From assembly GCA_030157545.1 (NCBI GenBank), contig JAOAUN010000055.1, positions 31,517 to 95,516 on the forward strand: a stretch of 64,000 bases of DNA, in the 5' to 3' direction. The translations under genes were made by a program, and so were the position numbers. The stretch is from Burkholderiaceae bacterium (GTDB lineage: Bacteria; Pseudomonadota; Gammaproteobacteria; Burkholderiales; Burkholderiaceae_D). Positions 40,401 through 50,282 of the stretch are shown one piece after another. A model generated the notes under the pieces. That model worked only from the letters and a program-made list of their open reading frames with translations, searched no databases and was not told the origin of the DNA. How positions within the stretch are numbered: position 1 is the first letter of the stretch; each line of letters begins with the position of its first letter.

Positions 40401-40549
40401 TCCAAATGCAAGTGATTTGTATTTGGAGCTTATTTCCAGAAATTCAGAGCGCAGCGAAACCCACGGCAATGCACAAAGAAATGAAGGATGGAGCAGGAGG
40501 AAACCGGGAGACCGGGCCGGCAGTAACTGCCGCTCCGAAAGACAGGAAG

Positions 40550-41665
40550 CTAATCGGCAGCTGTGGAGGAGTGAATGATGCCGCCGCCCAGGCAGACGTC
40601 ACCGTCATACAGGACGGCGGATTGCCCGGGAGTGACCGCCCACTGAGCCTGCTCGAAATGCAGCGCGATGCTGCCGCCGGCGTCCTGATAAGTGCAGCCA
40701 ACATCAGCCTGCCGGTAGCGGGTTTTGGCGGAAAGCGCGCCACTGGCCGGCGGCGTGCCTGCCACCCAGCTGGCCTGATCGGCGCTCAGTGACGCTGAAA
40801 GCAGCCACGGATGGTCATGGCCTTGCACCACATACAACACGTTATTGACGACGTCTTTACGCGCCACGTACCAGGCGTCGCTGTCGCCATTGCTGTTTTT
40901 GTGGGTCTTCATGCCGCCTATTCCTATGCCTTTGCGCTGGCCCAGCGTGTAGAACGACAGGCCGACGTGTTCGCCGACGGTCTGGCCTTCGGGCGTTTGC
41001 ATAGGACCCGGCTGAAATGACAGGTAGCGGTTTAAAAATTCGCGGAACGGCCGCTCGCCAATGAAGCAAATGCCGGTCGAGTCTTTTTTCTGCGCGTTGG
41101 GCAGCTTCAGCTCGGCGGCGATCTTGCGTACTTCAGTTTTATGCAGATCACCCAGCGGGAACAGGGTGGTCGCCAGCTGAGTCTGGTTGAGGCGGTGCAG
41201 GAAATAACTCTGATCTTTGCTAGCGTCGACCGCCTTGAGCAACTCAAAGCGGCCGGCGTCTTGCGACTCGCGCACACGCGCGTAGTGGCCAGTCGCAATG
41301 CAGTCGGCGCCAAGCGCCATGGCGTGATCCAGAAAGGCTTTGAACTTGATTTCGGCATTGCACAGCACGTCAGGGTTGGGCGTGCGGCCGGCCTGATACT
41401 CGCGCAAGAACTCGGCAAAGACGCGGTCTTTGTATTCGGTAGCGAAGTTGACGGCGTCGATGTCGACGCCGATCACGTCGGCCACACTGGCCGCGTCCAG
41501 CCAGTCCTGGCGGGTCGAGCAGTACTCGTCGTCGTCATCGTCTTCCCAGTTTTTCATGAAAAGACCGATTACTTCATAGCCCTGCTGCTTCAAGAGCCAC
41601 GCTGCGACTGACGAATCTACGCCGCCGGACATGCCGATCACTACGCGCTTTTTAGGCATTGCCAT
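40550..41665 (-). CDS. mnmA: tRNA 2-thiouridine(34) synthase
   Basis: [35 protein letters not shown]-loop, CNAEIKF. Confidence 0.9.
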   Translation of the reverse strand: MAMPKKRVVIGMSGGVDSSVAAWLLKQQGYEVIGLFMKNWEDDDDDEYCSTRQDWLDAASVADVIGVDIDAVNFATEYKDRVFAEFLREYQAGRTPNPDVLCNAEIKFKAFLDHAMALGADCIATGHYARVRESQDAGRFELLKAVDASKDQSYFLHRLNQTQLATTLFPLGDLHKTEVRKIAAELKLPNAQKKDSTGICFIGERPFREFLNRYLSFQPGPMQTPEGQTVGEHVGLSFYTLGQRKGIGIGGMKTHKNSNGDSDAWYVARKDVVNNVLYVVQGHDHPWLLSASLSADQASWVAGTPPASGALSAKTRYRQADVGCTYQDAGGSIALHFEQAQWAVTPGQSAVLYDGDVCLGGGIIHSSTAAD

Positions 41666-42137
41666 GCCCCGTTACGCTGGGGTGGGTGTAAATGACGTCA
41701 AGCGGGCTGCGCTTGCCGGCCAGATAATCGTCGACGCATTGCAGAACCAGCGGGCTGCGGTGCGTGTCCTTACAGGCCAGCAGTTCTTCATAGCTCATCC
41801 AGACCGTGCGGATGATGCCGTGGTCCAGTGGCTGGTCGTGCAGCGTGCCCAGCGTGCCGGCAAAGGTAAAGCGCAGGTAGGTGACGTTTTCATTGTTGCG
41901 GCTGGAAACATAGCGCGACATATAGACGCCCACCAGGCTGTCCGGCGTGAAATCGTAGGCGGTTTCTTCCAGCACTTCGCGGCTGACTGCCGTTTCCAGC
42001 GTTTCGTCGGGGTCGAGGTGACCGGCAGGCTGGTTAAAGCGCACGCCATCACTGGTCTCTTCTTCCACCAGTAAGAACTTGCCAGCCTGCTCGATAATGG
42101 CCGCTACCGTGACCGAGGGTTTCCAGATAATTGACAT
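41652..42137 (-). CDS. nudJ: NUDIX hydrolase (NudJ-like)
   Basis: [57 protein letters not shown] (NUDIX box). The nudJ-mnmA pairing is as in E. coli. ATG 42137 follows AAGGA; the track start at 42149 is a TTG. Confidence 0.75.
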   Translation of the reverse strand: MSIIWKPSVTVAAIIEQAGKFLLVEEETSDGVRFNQPAGHLDPDETLETAVSREVLEETAYDFTPDSLVGVYMSRYVSSRNNENVTYLRFTFAGTLGTLHDQPLDHGIIRTVWMSYEELLACKDTHRSPLVLQCVDDYLAGKRSPLDVIYTHPSVTGHGNA

Positions 42138-42356
42138 GGTTTCCTTCAAAGAGCGGGCATTTTACCTTGCCGCAGACGCTAAATGACGGAGACGAATCGT
42201 TGCAACTCTTGTCAAATATCAACAGTCGAGGTTGGCTTTGGGGACGAAAAACGGGCAAAATGCGGTAACTTTCTTTCCACTAAAGAAATAGAGCCGTAAT
42301 TCTATTTTTTGTTTTAAGTGTAAGATTCGGACGAAATTTTATTTTTGGAGAACTCC

Positions 42357-43472
42357 ATGAAAATCGGCATTCCCGCCGAGACGCGGCTGGGTGAAGCGCG
42401 AGTCGCAGCTACACCCGAGACAGTCAAAAAACTGGTCGCGGCTAAACATCAGGTTATTGTGCAGTCCGGAGCCGGCGTATCAGCCAGCGTAACGGACGAC
42501 GCTTACAAAGCTGCCGGCGCGCAGATCGGTTCTGCCGCTGACGCCTACGCTTGCGAGATGGTGCTCAAAGTACGGGCGCCGTCTGCAGATGAGCGTGCGC
42601 AGATCAAATCCGGCACTGTCGTCGTCGGCATGCTTAATCCATTCGACACCGAGAACATCGCCGCGATGGCCGCTGCAGGCCTGACTGCGTTCGCTCTCGA
42701 AGCCGCGCCCCGCATCACGCGCGCGCAATCGATGGATGTACTGTCTTCACAGGCCAACATCGCCGGCTACAAAGCCGTGCTGCTGGCAGCAAACACGTAT
42801 CAGCGCTTCATGCCTATGCTGATGACCGCTGCCGGTACCGTCAAAGCCGCGCGCGTGCTGATCATGGGTGTGGGCGTAGCCGGTCTGCAAGCGATTGCAA
42901 CCGCCAAACGTCTGGGCGCCGTCATTGAAGCGTCGGATGTGCGACCACCAGTTAAAGAACAAGTTGAATCGCTCGGTGCAAAATTCATCGACGTGCCTTT
43001 CCTGACCGATGAAGAGCGCGAAATCGCGCAAGGCTCTGGCGGCTATGCGCGTGCGATGCCGGCTGAATGGATGAAGCGTCAGGCCGAGCTGGTGCATGAG
43101 CGTGCCAAGCAGGCAGACATCATCATCACCACGGCGCTGATCCCGGGCCGCAAGGCACCGATCCTGATCAGCGAAGAAACCGTCAAGGCGATGAAGCCGG
43201 GCTCCGTGATTGTCGACATGGCCGTCGAGCAGGGCGGCAATTGCCCCTTGTCCGAGCTGGGCAAGACCGTCATCAAGCATGGTGTGCACATCATAGGCGA
43301 GGCCAACCTGCCGGCACTGCTGGCAGCGGACGCCTCGGCGCTGTATGCCCGAAACGTGCTGGACTTCCTGAAACTCATCATCGACAAAGACGCCGCGCTG
43401 GCGATTGACCGTGCCGATGAAATCGTCGCAGCCACCATGGTCTGTGCCGGTGGCGAAGTGCTGCGTAAATAG
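42357..43472 (+). CDS. pntAA: NAD(P) transhydrogenase subunit alpha, part 1
   Basis: [26 protein letters not shown]..., Rossmann [25 protein letters not shown] 42357 is preceded by GGAG. Confidence 0.9.
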   Translation: MKIGIPAETRLGEARVAATPETVKKLVAAKHQVIVQSGAGVSASVTDDAYKAAGAQIGSAADAYACEMVLKVRAPSADERAQIKSGTVVVGMLNPFDTENIAAMAAAGLTAFALEAAPRITRAQSMDVLSSQANIAGYKAVLLAANTYQRFMPMLMTAAGTVKAARVLIMGVGVAGLQAIATAKRLGAVIEASDVRPPVKEQVESLGAKFIDVPFLTDEEREIAQGSGGYARAMPAEWMKRQAELVHERAKQADIIITTALIPGRKAPILISEETVKAMKPGSVIVDMAVEQGGNCPLSELGKTVIKHGVHIIGEANLPALLAADASALYARNVLDFLKLIIDKDAALAIDRADEIVAATMVCAGGEVLRK

Positions 43473-43480
43473 GGCTGGCC

Positions 43481-43840
43481 ATGCAACGTATCATGCTGCG
43501 CGCGAAAATTCATCGCGCAACGGTTACCCAGTGCGACCTGAACTACGAAGGCTCGTGCGGGATTGACGAAGAACTGCTGGAAGCGGCTGACATTCGCGAG
43601 TTTGAAAAAATCGAACTCTACAACGTCAACAACGGCGAGCGTTTCTCCACCTATGCAATCAAAGGCAAGCGCGGCAGCGGAGAGATCTCGCTCAACGGTG
43701 CGGCAGCACGTCTGGCCCATCTGGGCGACTTGCTGATCATCTGCACCTATGCGCCGATGACGGATGCCGAGATCGGGAACTACAAGCAGAAAATCGTATT
43801 CGTTGACGAAAAAAACCGCATCACTGGTCTTAAAAAATAA
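43481..43840 (+). CDS. panD: aspartate 1-decarboxylase
   Basis: [33 protein letters not shown] contains the G-S self-processing site. Confidence 0.9.
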   Translation: MQRIMLRAKIHRATVTQCDLNYEGSCGIDEELLEAADIREFEKIELYNVNNGERFSTYAIKGKRGSGEISLNGAAARLAHLGDLLIICTYAPMTDAEIGNYKQKIVFVDEKNRITGLKK

Positions 43841-43895
43841 TCTCTGTCCGCCTGCTGCAAACAAGCGGTCTACTGTCTATCAATAAGAGGACATC

Positions 43896-44213
43896 ATGGA
43901 AGTCAGTCATACCATCATCAATCTGATCATCTTCGTGCTGGCAATTTATGTCGGCTACCACGTCGTGTGGACCGTCACACCAGCGCTGCATACACCGCTG
44001 ATGGCCGTCACGAACGCGATCTCGGCCATCATCATCGTCGGGGCCATGCTGGCAGCGGCGCGTACCGAAGGCCAGCTCGGCCAGTTCATGGGTACGCTTG
44101 CAGTGGCACTCGCCGCAGTCAATGTCTTCGGTGGCTTTCTGGTGACCCAGCGCATGCTGGAAATGTTCAAGAAAAAAGAGCCTAAAGCCAATGCTGCAGA
44201 GGGAGCCAAATAA
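43896..44213 (+). CDS. pntAB: NAD(P) transhydrogenase subunit alpha, part 2 (membrane)
   Basis: 105 aa, 3-4 TM helices, ...[12 protein letters not shown]...[12 protein letters not shown]. Confidence 0.85.
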   Translation: MEVSHTIINLIIFVLAIYVGYHVVWTVTPALHTPLMAVTNAISAIIIVGAMLAAARTEGQLGQFMGTLAVALAAVNVFGGFLVTQRMLEMFKKKEPKANAAEGAK

Positions 44214-45667
44214 TGAGCATGAATCTTGTCACTCTGCTGTACCTGATTGCAGCTATCTGCTTTATTCAGGCACTCAAAGGCCTGTCCCATCCATCCACAG
44301 CCCGCCGTGGTAATGCGTTCGGCATGACCGGCATGGCGCTGGCTGTTGTCACTACGATTGCACTGATCGTCAAACTCAAGTCCGAATCAGTCACCGGTTC
44401 CGGCCTCGGTTATGGTCTGCTGGCATTGGGTGCCGTGGTCGGTGGCAGCATTGGCGCTATCCTCGCCAAGCGCGTCGAGATGACCAAAATGCCGGAGCTG
44501 GTCGCTGCGATGCATTCGCTGATCGGTCTGGCTGCTGTTTGTATCGCTGTCGCTGCTGTGTCCGAGCCATTCGCGTTCAGCATCACCGCTGCCATCGGCG
44601 AAGCCATTCCTATGGGTAATCGCGTTGAATTGTTCATCGGTACCTTTGTCGGCGCAATCACCTTCTCCGGTTCGGTCATTGCCTTCGGCAAGCTCGCTGG
44701 CAAATATAAGTTCCGGCTGTTCCAGGGCGCGCCTGTGGTATTCAAAGGCCAGCACATGGTCAATCTTGTACTGGCCATCGTGATGATTGTCAGCGGCATA
44801 TTGTTCGTGACTGCTGATGGCGCCGCGCCGGCATGGGGCCCGTTCGTGATCATGACCGCGATTGCCTTCGTGCTCGGTGTGCTCATCATCATTCCTATCG
44901 GCGGTGCCGATATGCCGGTGGTCGTGTCCATGCTCAACAGCTACTCAGGCTGGGCAGCAGCAGGCATTGGCTTCTCGCTGAACAACTCCATGCTGATCAT
45001 TGCCGGTTCGCTGGTTGGATCATCCGGCGCGATTCTGTCTTACATCATGTGCAAGGCGATGAACCGTTCGTTCTTCAACGTCATCCTTGGTGGTTTCGGT
45101 GGTGATGCTGCCGCGGCAACAGCAGGCGGCGCGCAGCAACAGCGTCCGGTCAAATCCGGTTCGGCTGACGATGCCTCTTTCCTGATGGGGAATGCAGAGA
45201 CCGTCATCATCGTGCCGGGTTATGGCCTGGCGGTAGCGCGTGCGCAGCACGCATTGAAAGAACTGACAGAAAAACTCACGCACAAAGGCGTCACCGTCAA
45301 GTACGCCATTCACCCGGTGGCAGGTCGTATGCCAGGCCATATGAACGTGCTGCTGGCCGAGGCCGAAGTGCCGTATGACCAGGTGTTCGAGATGGAAGAC
45401 ATCAACAGCGAATTCGGCCAGGCCGATGTCGTGCTGGTGCTGGGTGCGAACGACGTTGTGAACCCTGCTGCGAAAGATCCGAAATCCTCGATCGCCGGCA
45501 TGCCTATCCTGGAAGCCTACAAAGCCAAAACCATTATCGTGAACAAGCGCTCGATGGCAGCCGGTTATGCCGGTTTGGATAACGAACTCTTCTACATGGA
45601 TAAAACCATGATGGTGTTTGGTGATGCGAAGAAAGTCATTGAAGATATGGTGAAGGCAGTCGAATAA
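44213..45667 (+). CDS. pntB: NAD(P) transhydrogenase subunit beta
   Basis: N-terminal multi-TM domain plus C-terminal dIII (VPGYGLAVARAQHAL...HPVAGRMPGHMNVLLAEA...GANDVVNP). TAATG overlap with pntAB. Confidence 0.9.
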   Translation: MSMNLVTLLYLIAAICFIQALKGLSHPSTARRGNAFGMTGMALAVVTTIALIVKLKSESVTGSGLGYGLLALGAVVGGSIGAILAKRVEMTKMPELVAAMHSLIGLAAVCIAVAAVSEPFAFSITAAIGEAIPMGNRVELFIGTFVGAITFSGSVIAFGKLAGKYKFRLFQGAPVVFKGQHMVNLVLAIVMIVSGILFVTADGAAPAWGPFVIMTAIAFVLGVLIIIPIGGADMPVVVSMLNSYSGWAAAGIGFSLNNSMLIIAGSLVGSSGAILSYIMCKAMNRSFFNVILGGFGGDAAAATAGGAQQQRPVKSGSADDASFLMGNAETVIIVPGYGLAVARAQHALKELTEKLTHKGVTVKYAIHPVAGRMPGHMNVLLAEAEVPYDQVFEMEDINSEFGQADVVLVLGANDVVNPAAKDPKSSIAGMPILEAYKAKTIIVNKRSMAAGYAGLDNELFYMDKTMMVFGDAKKVIEDMVKAVE

Positions 45668-45681
45668 AACTAGCCCGCCGC

Positions 45682-45715
45682 AAAAAACGGACACAGAGAT
45701 GTGTCCGTTTTTTTT
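45682..45715 (+). terminator. rho-independent terminator after pntB
   Basis: 7-bp stem cggacac/gtgtccg with a 6-nt loop, then 8 T. Confidence 0.8.
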
Positions 45716-45809
45716 CGTCCAAATAGAAATGAATCATAGGGATTTATTGAACTCTCTCAGATGACTTGATACAAACGGCGCTCCAGAAATAGTCATCGTG
45801 AAGAGCCTT

Positions 45810-47054
45810 ATGTCATTCCACCCTTCCAGTACGCCTGTTCGACCTAAAGAAATCGTGAGCGAGAGCCAATCACCGGATTCAGAAGGGGCGGCCACGGGCA
45901 GTAAGCAGCCTGGTGAAACCGGGCAGCCCGTTTTAGAATCCCGACAGCCAATTGCACACCCTTTACGTATCAAAGATCTGAAGAGCGTTAAAAGCACATC
46001 AACAAATACATCAAAAAGCAAATCGTCTTACGCTTCCAGTGCCGCCGTCTTCAATGCCAGAAAAAGAATCCGGTTCGAGGTGGATGAGTCACAGGAGCTG
46101 ACACCCGAAATGTGCTCGGTGTTCAAAAAAATACAATCGGGCGAACTGGCATTTTTTGATCTTGTATCGGGCAATCGCACTGAGCGCGAGATTTACGGTA
46201 TCGATCTCGATATGGTGCATCCGGAAACCTTGCACACGCCGTTGACGCTGGCGCTGCAAAGCGGGCAAATCGGCATTGCTGTTTACTTGCTCGTACTCGG
46301 CGCCGATCCGCTGGGGCTGGATGGCCATGAGAAACCGCCGTCAGACTACGCCACAGCTTTGTGCAGAATGTTTCTGCGTTTTTTCAATCTGCGTCGCCAG
46401 TCTGCAGTTCGCATCGACAATTCGGAGCCGCGCAATCGCTTCCTTCAACTGCTCAATACGCTGGATGTTGGCAGTGGCCAAACGATGCTGAGCTGGGCAG
46501 TCATGCAGCGTCAGGACAAGGTGGCAGCGTTGCTGATTGCTGAAGGCGCTGATTATGTCAGCAGAAATGCCAGCGCTTACGCGCCGCTGGAAGTCGCTAC
46601 CCGTTGTGGCAGTTTGCGGATTGTGCGTGCCATGCTGGATCGCTGGCCGCAATTGGCAAGCCGGCCCAAGCTTCCGTATTTGAAGCAAGCCATTATTGGT
46701 GCCGTTGAAATGGACAGGCCGGCCATACTGGCTTGCCTGCTTAGTTTCTTTCGCGCAGAATTTCGTGCTGCCGAAGCGAGTGAAGACGAGGAGGACGTGG
46801 ATTCAATCGATCTGCACGAAATTATTCTGCGTAATTCGCAGACCGAAGATGATGCCTTCGAGTTTTTCATGAAAGCCAAACTGCCGCTGGCTTTGACTGT
46901 TCAGCAGCTCATGCGCAAGACCTCAAACAATTACCTGCTGACAGAACATGAATGCTGGCTGCTGGGACTGGAGAAAGCTGCACTGCTTGCCAAAAAAATG
47001 GGTCATCAGCGGATTCTGGAAATTATCGCAGCCCAGACCCTGCCGCGGAATTGA
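45810..47054 (+). CDS. ankyrin-repeat protein with Ser/Thr/Pro-rich disordered N-terminus; eukaryotic-like
   Basis: ANK units HTPLTLALQSGQIGIAVYLLVLGADP, GQTMLSWAVMQRQDKVAALLIAEGADY and YAPLEVATRCGSLRIVRAMLD. Start ambiguous: ATG 45810, or the GTG at 45798 used by the track. Confidence 0.7.
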   Translation: MSFHPSSTPVRPKEIVSESQSPDSEGAATGSKQPGETGQPVLESRQPIAHPLRIKDLKSVKSTSTNTSKSKSSYASSAAVFNARKRIRFEVDESQELTPEMCSVFKKIQSGELAFFDLVSGNRTEREIYGIDLDMVHPETLHTPLTLALQSGQIGIAVYLLVLGADPLGLDGHEKPPSDYATALCRMFLRFFNLRRQSAVRIDNSEPRNRFLQLLNTLDVGSGQTMLSWAVMQRQDKVAALLIAEGADYVSRNASAYAPLEVATRCGSLRIVRAMLDRWPQLASRPKLPYLKQAIIGAVEMDRPAILACLLSFFRAEFRAAEASEDEEDVDSIDLHEIILRNSQTEDDAFEFFMKAKLPLALTVQQLMRKTSNNYLLTEHECWLLGLEKAALLAKKMGHQRILEIIAAQTLPRN

Positions 47055-47084
47055 ATGTTTTGCGTAAACTGATGTGTTAGGCGT

Positions 47085-48224
47085 TCAGCGCCAGCCAAAT
47101 ATCATGTGATCAGCCAGGCCGCGCTTCAAACGCGGCAGCACATCGACCAAACCCAGCGACATGCCAAGTAAGCCCTGACTTAATGACTGGTCCGGCCCGC
47201 TGGCAAAGACGCGTGCCATCAGATCGGTAAGTCGTAACGTGATATTGCGGTCACTGCCACGGCTGGCGATAAACTGCGCAAGCTTTTCCGGTGTGCTTGT
47301 CTGCGCCAGCAGGCTGGCCAGCACCGCTGCATCACGCAGTCCCAGATTCAGGCCTTGTCCCGCAACAGGGTGCAGCGTCTGCGCTGCGTTGCCGATGGCA
47401 ACGGACCGTGCGGTCGATGCCGGGTTGGCGTTCAATCCCAGTGAATAACTGTTTCGTGCGCCGACTTTGGTGAAGCTGCCGACGCGTTGCCCGAATGCCT
47501 GTTGCAGCGCCAGCAGAAAATCGGATTCGGGCATCGCCAGCAAGGTCTCAATGCGCGCTGGCCGCGCACACCAGACTAGCGAATAGCCATCATCCTGCGG
47601 CAGCAAGGCGAGCGGACCTTCCTCGGTAAAGCGCTCAAATGCGCGACCGGCAAGCGGTGCGCTGCTGTGCACCGTCGCCACAATGGCGCTCTGTTGATAA
47701 TCGCGGCTGAGTGCTTTTTGCTGCTGCGTGCCATAGACGCCACCTTCGGCTTGCACCATTAGCGCTGCCTCAAGCGCAGAGCCATCTGCCATCTGCAGCA
47801 TGAGCTTGTCTGCAGTTTCGTTCACTGCACTAACTGTAGCCGGCCGCAGCATGGTGACGCCGCTGGTCTTCAATGCTTCATGCAGAGTCTGTACCAATGA
47901 GCCGTAGCGACACACATAACCGAGCGCAGGCAAATCATAGTCGCGGCTCTCGATCAGGCTGCGACCAAAACTGCCACGTCGCGAAATATGGATTTCTGTA
48001 ATGGGTGTGCCGGACGAAGGCCACGCATGGACTTGCTCCAGCAGTTGACGGCTGCCGTAAGACAGCGCAATCGAGCGCGCATCTTGCTGCGCTGCTGCTG
48101 GCGTTTTGGTGTCGATCAGCACAATGCCACTCGCGTTCACGCCCCGTGCGACGAGCATAGCCGCTAACGCCATCCCGACCGGGCCGGCGCCAACGATGGC
48201 AATGTCGACATGGCCTTGCGTCAA
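47085..48224 (-). CDS. ubiH: UbiH/UbiF/VisC-family FAD-dependent ubiquinone-biosynthesis hydroxylase
   Basis: VDIAIVGAGPVGMALAAML dinucleotide fold, GNAAQTLHPVAGQGLNLGLRD. The pepP-ubiH pairing is as in E. coli. TTG start lies 1 nt after the pepP stop. Confidence 0.8.
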   Translation of the reverse strand: MTQGHVDIAIVGAGPVGMALAAMLVARGVNASGIVLIDTKTPAAAQQDARSIALSYGSRQLLEQVHAWPSSGTPITEIHISRRGSFGRSLIESRDYDLPALGYVCRYGSLVQTLHEALKTSGVTMLRPATVSAVNETADKLMLQMADGSALEAALMVQAEGGVYGTQQQKALSRDYQQSAIVATVHSSAPLAGRAFERFTEEGPLALLPQDDGYSLVWCARPARIETLLAMPESDFLLALQQAFGQRVGSFTKVGARNSYSLGLNANPASTARSVAIGNAAQTLHPVAGQGLNLGLRDAAVLASLLAQTSTPEKLAQFIASRGSDRNITLRLTDLMARVFASGPDQSLSQGLLGMSLGLVDVLPRLKRGLADHMIFGWR

Positions 48225-48225
48225 A

Positions 48226-49557
48226 TCAGCCCCGCATCAGCGTTTCAATTTCAGCGACCGTCTTCGGTGCCTTGCGACTTAGAATCACGCAGCCTTCGTT
48301 CGTCACCAGCGCATCATCTTCAATCCGGATGCCGATGTTCCAGAAAGCTTCCGGCACACCTGCAGCCGGTCGCACATAAATGCCGGGCTCGACTGTTACC
48401 ACCATGCCGCTTTGCAGTTTGCGCCATGGCTTGTCTGCGCCTGCATAGTCAGGGTCACGATACTCTCCGACATCATGCACATCCATGCCCAGCCAGTGGC
48501 CGGTGCGATGCATGTAAAACTGGCGGAAGTCGCCGTTGGCAATCACATCGTCGAGTGTGCCGACTTTGTTTTTATCGAGCAGGCCGGTGTCGAGCATGCC
48601 TTGCGCGAGTATTTTAACGGCGGCGTCATGTCCGTCAGTAAACAGCATGCCGGCTTTGGTCGCGTCAATGGCAGCGTATTGTGAAGCGAGCACGATTTCA
48701 TACAAGGTCTTCTGCGCGCCGCTGAATTTTCCATTCGCCGGAAAAGCGCGCGTGATATCGGAAGCATAGCTGTCGAGTTCGCAGCCGGCGTCAATCAAGA
48801 CCAGGTCGCCGTCGCGCAACTCGGCGTCGCCGGCACGGTAATGCAGCACGCAAGCGTTTGCGCCGGTGGCGACGATAGAACCATAGGCAGGGTATTGCGA
48901 ACCGTGACTACGGAATTCGTGCAGCAGTTCAGCTTCGAGGTGATATTCACGCAGACCCGGACGCGCGAGTCGCATGGCGCGTGCATGCGCTTCGGCTGAA
49001 ATATCGGCAGCGCGCTGCATGATCGCGATTTCGTCTGCGTCCTTGATCAACCGCATTTCATTCAGGATCACGCGTCTGTCAAACACGGCAGCGGGCGCGC
49101 TGACGCCAGCGCGCACTTGCGAACGCACCGTATTGAGCCAGCCCTGAATACGCGCATCAAGTCTGGGGTCGCTAGCCAGCGCATAAAACAGCGCAGCAGC
49201 GTTGGCCATCAACTGCGGCAGTACGGTGTCGATGGAGTCGATTGCATGCGCTGCATCGAAACCGAATTGTTCTTTTGCTGCGGCTGGGCCGAATCGATAG
49301 CCATCCCAGATTTCGCGCTCAGGATTTTTGTCGCGGCAAAACAGGATCGACTGTTCATTAGCCCCGGCGACCAGCACCAGCGTCGCTTCCGGTTCGGTAA
49401 AGCCGGTCAGGTAATAAAAATAGCTGTCGTGCCGGTACGGATAATCGGCATCGGCATTGCGCATGACTTCGGGCGCGGTATGAATGATGGCAACGCCGCC
49501 GCCCTGTGCCTGCATTTTTTTGAGTACGGCAGCGCGCCGCTTTGCATAGACATTCAT
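48226..49557 (-). CDS. pepP: Xaa-Pro aminopeptidase
   Basis: Creatinase-like N-domain plus a pita-bread domain (LIDAGCELDSYASDITR, HRTGHWLGMDVHD, VEPGIY). Confidence 0.9.
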   Translation of the reverse strand: MNVYAKRRAAVLKKMQAQGGGVAIIHTAPEVMRNADADYPYRHDSYFYYLTGFTEPEATLVLVAGANEQSILFCRDKNPEREIWDGYRFGPAAAKEQFGFDAAHAIDSIDTVLPQLMANAAALFYALASDPRLDARIQGWLNTVRSQVRAGVSAPAAVFDRRVILNEMRLIKDADEIAIMQRAADISAEAHARAMRLARPGLREYHLEAELLHEFRSHGSQYPAYGSIVATGANACVLHYRAGDAELRDGDLVLIDAGCELDSYASDITRAFPANGKFSGAQKTLYEIVLASQYAAIDATKAGMLFTDGHDAAVKILAQGMLDTGLLDKNKVGTLDDVIANGDFRQFYMHRTGHWLGMDVHDVGEYRDPDYAGADKPWRKLQSGMVVTVEPGIYVRPAAGVPEAFWNIGIRIEDDALVTNEGCVILSRKAPKTVAEIETLMRG

Positions 49558-50282
49558 GGTGTTCTTCCGTGATGAAGAGGTGCGTTCAATTGTTCAAGCC
49601 GTTCGACGGTGCCGACATCGGTCCAGTCGCCACGGTAGACTTCGCCGCCGATGCGGTGTGTGCTTGCGTACTCGCGCAAAATAGGCGCGAGCTTGGCGCT
49701 GCTGCCGGTGATTACGCTATCAAATAATTCAGGCCGGTAGACACCGATGCCGGAAAAGGTAAAGCGCGGTGTGCCAACGTTAGCCTCATTAGCAATACTG
49801 AAATTCTCCAGCGCAAAGTCGCCTTCCGGATGATGCGCCGGATTTTTCACCAGATACAGCCAGCCGAGATCGCGGGTTTCAGGCGGGTAGGGATTGCCCC
49901 ACAGGTCTTCTTCTTCCAGCACATCTTTAACCTGCGCAAAGTCGAAATGCGGGCAATAAATATCGCCCGCCACAGCCACGAAAGGCGCGTCGCCCAGCAA
50001 GTGACGCGCGTTGGCAATGCCGCCTGCAGTCTCAAGCGCAGTGCCCTCGGCGGAGTACACAATCTGCGCGCCGAATTTGCTGCCGTCACCGAGCGTGTCT
50101 TCAATCAGCTGCCCCAGATGCGCATGATTGATCACGATCTCGGTAATGCCGGCGCGCACCAGATTGACGATATGCCAGACAATTAGAGGACGCCCGCGCA
50201 CCTTCAGCAAGGGCTTGGGGCAGGTATCCGTTAACGGCCGCATGCGCTCGCCGCGGCCGGCGGCGAAGATCATCGCTTTCAT
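49554..50282 (-). CDS. murU: N-acetylmuramate alpha-1-phosphate uridylyltransferase-like nucleotidyltransferase
   Basis: MKAMIFAAGRGERMRPLTDTCPKPLL sugar-nucleotidyltransferase motif. Paired with an AmgK-like kinase next to lptD, as in Pseudomonas. Confidence 0.7.
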   Translation of the reverse strand: MKAMIFAAGRGERMRPLTDTCPKPLLKVRGRPLIVWHIVNLVRAGITEIVINHAHLGQLIEDTLGDGSKFGAQIVYSAEGTALETAGGIANARHLLGDAPFVAVAGDIYCPHFDFAQVKDVLEEEDLWGNPYPPETRDLGWLYLVKNPAHHPEGDFALENFSIANEANVGTPRFTFSGIGVYRPELFDSVITGSSAKLAPILREYASTHRIGGEVYRGDWTDVGTVERLEQLNAPLHHGRTP

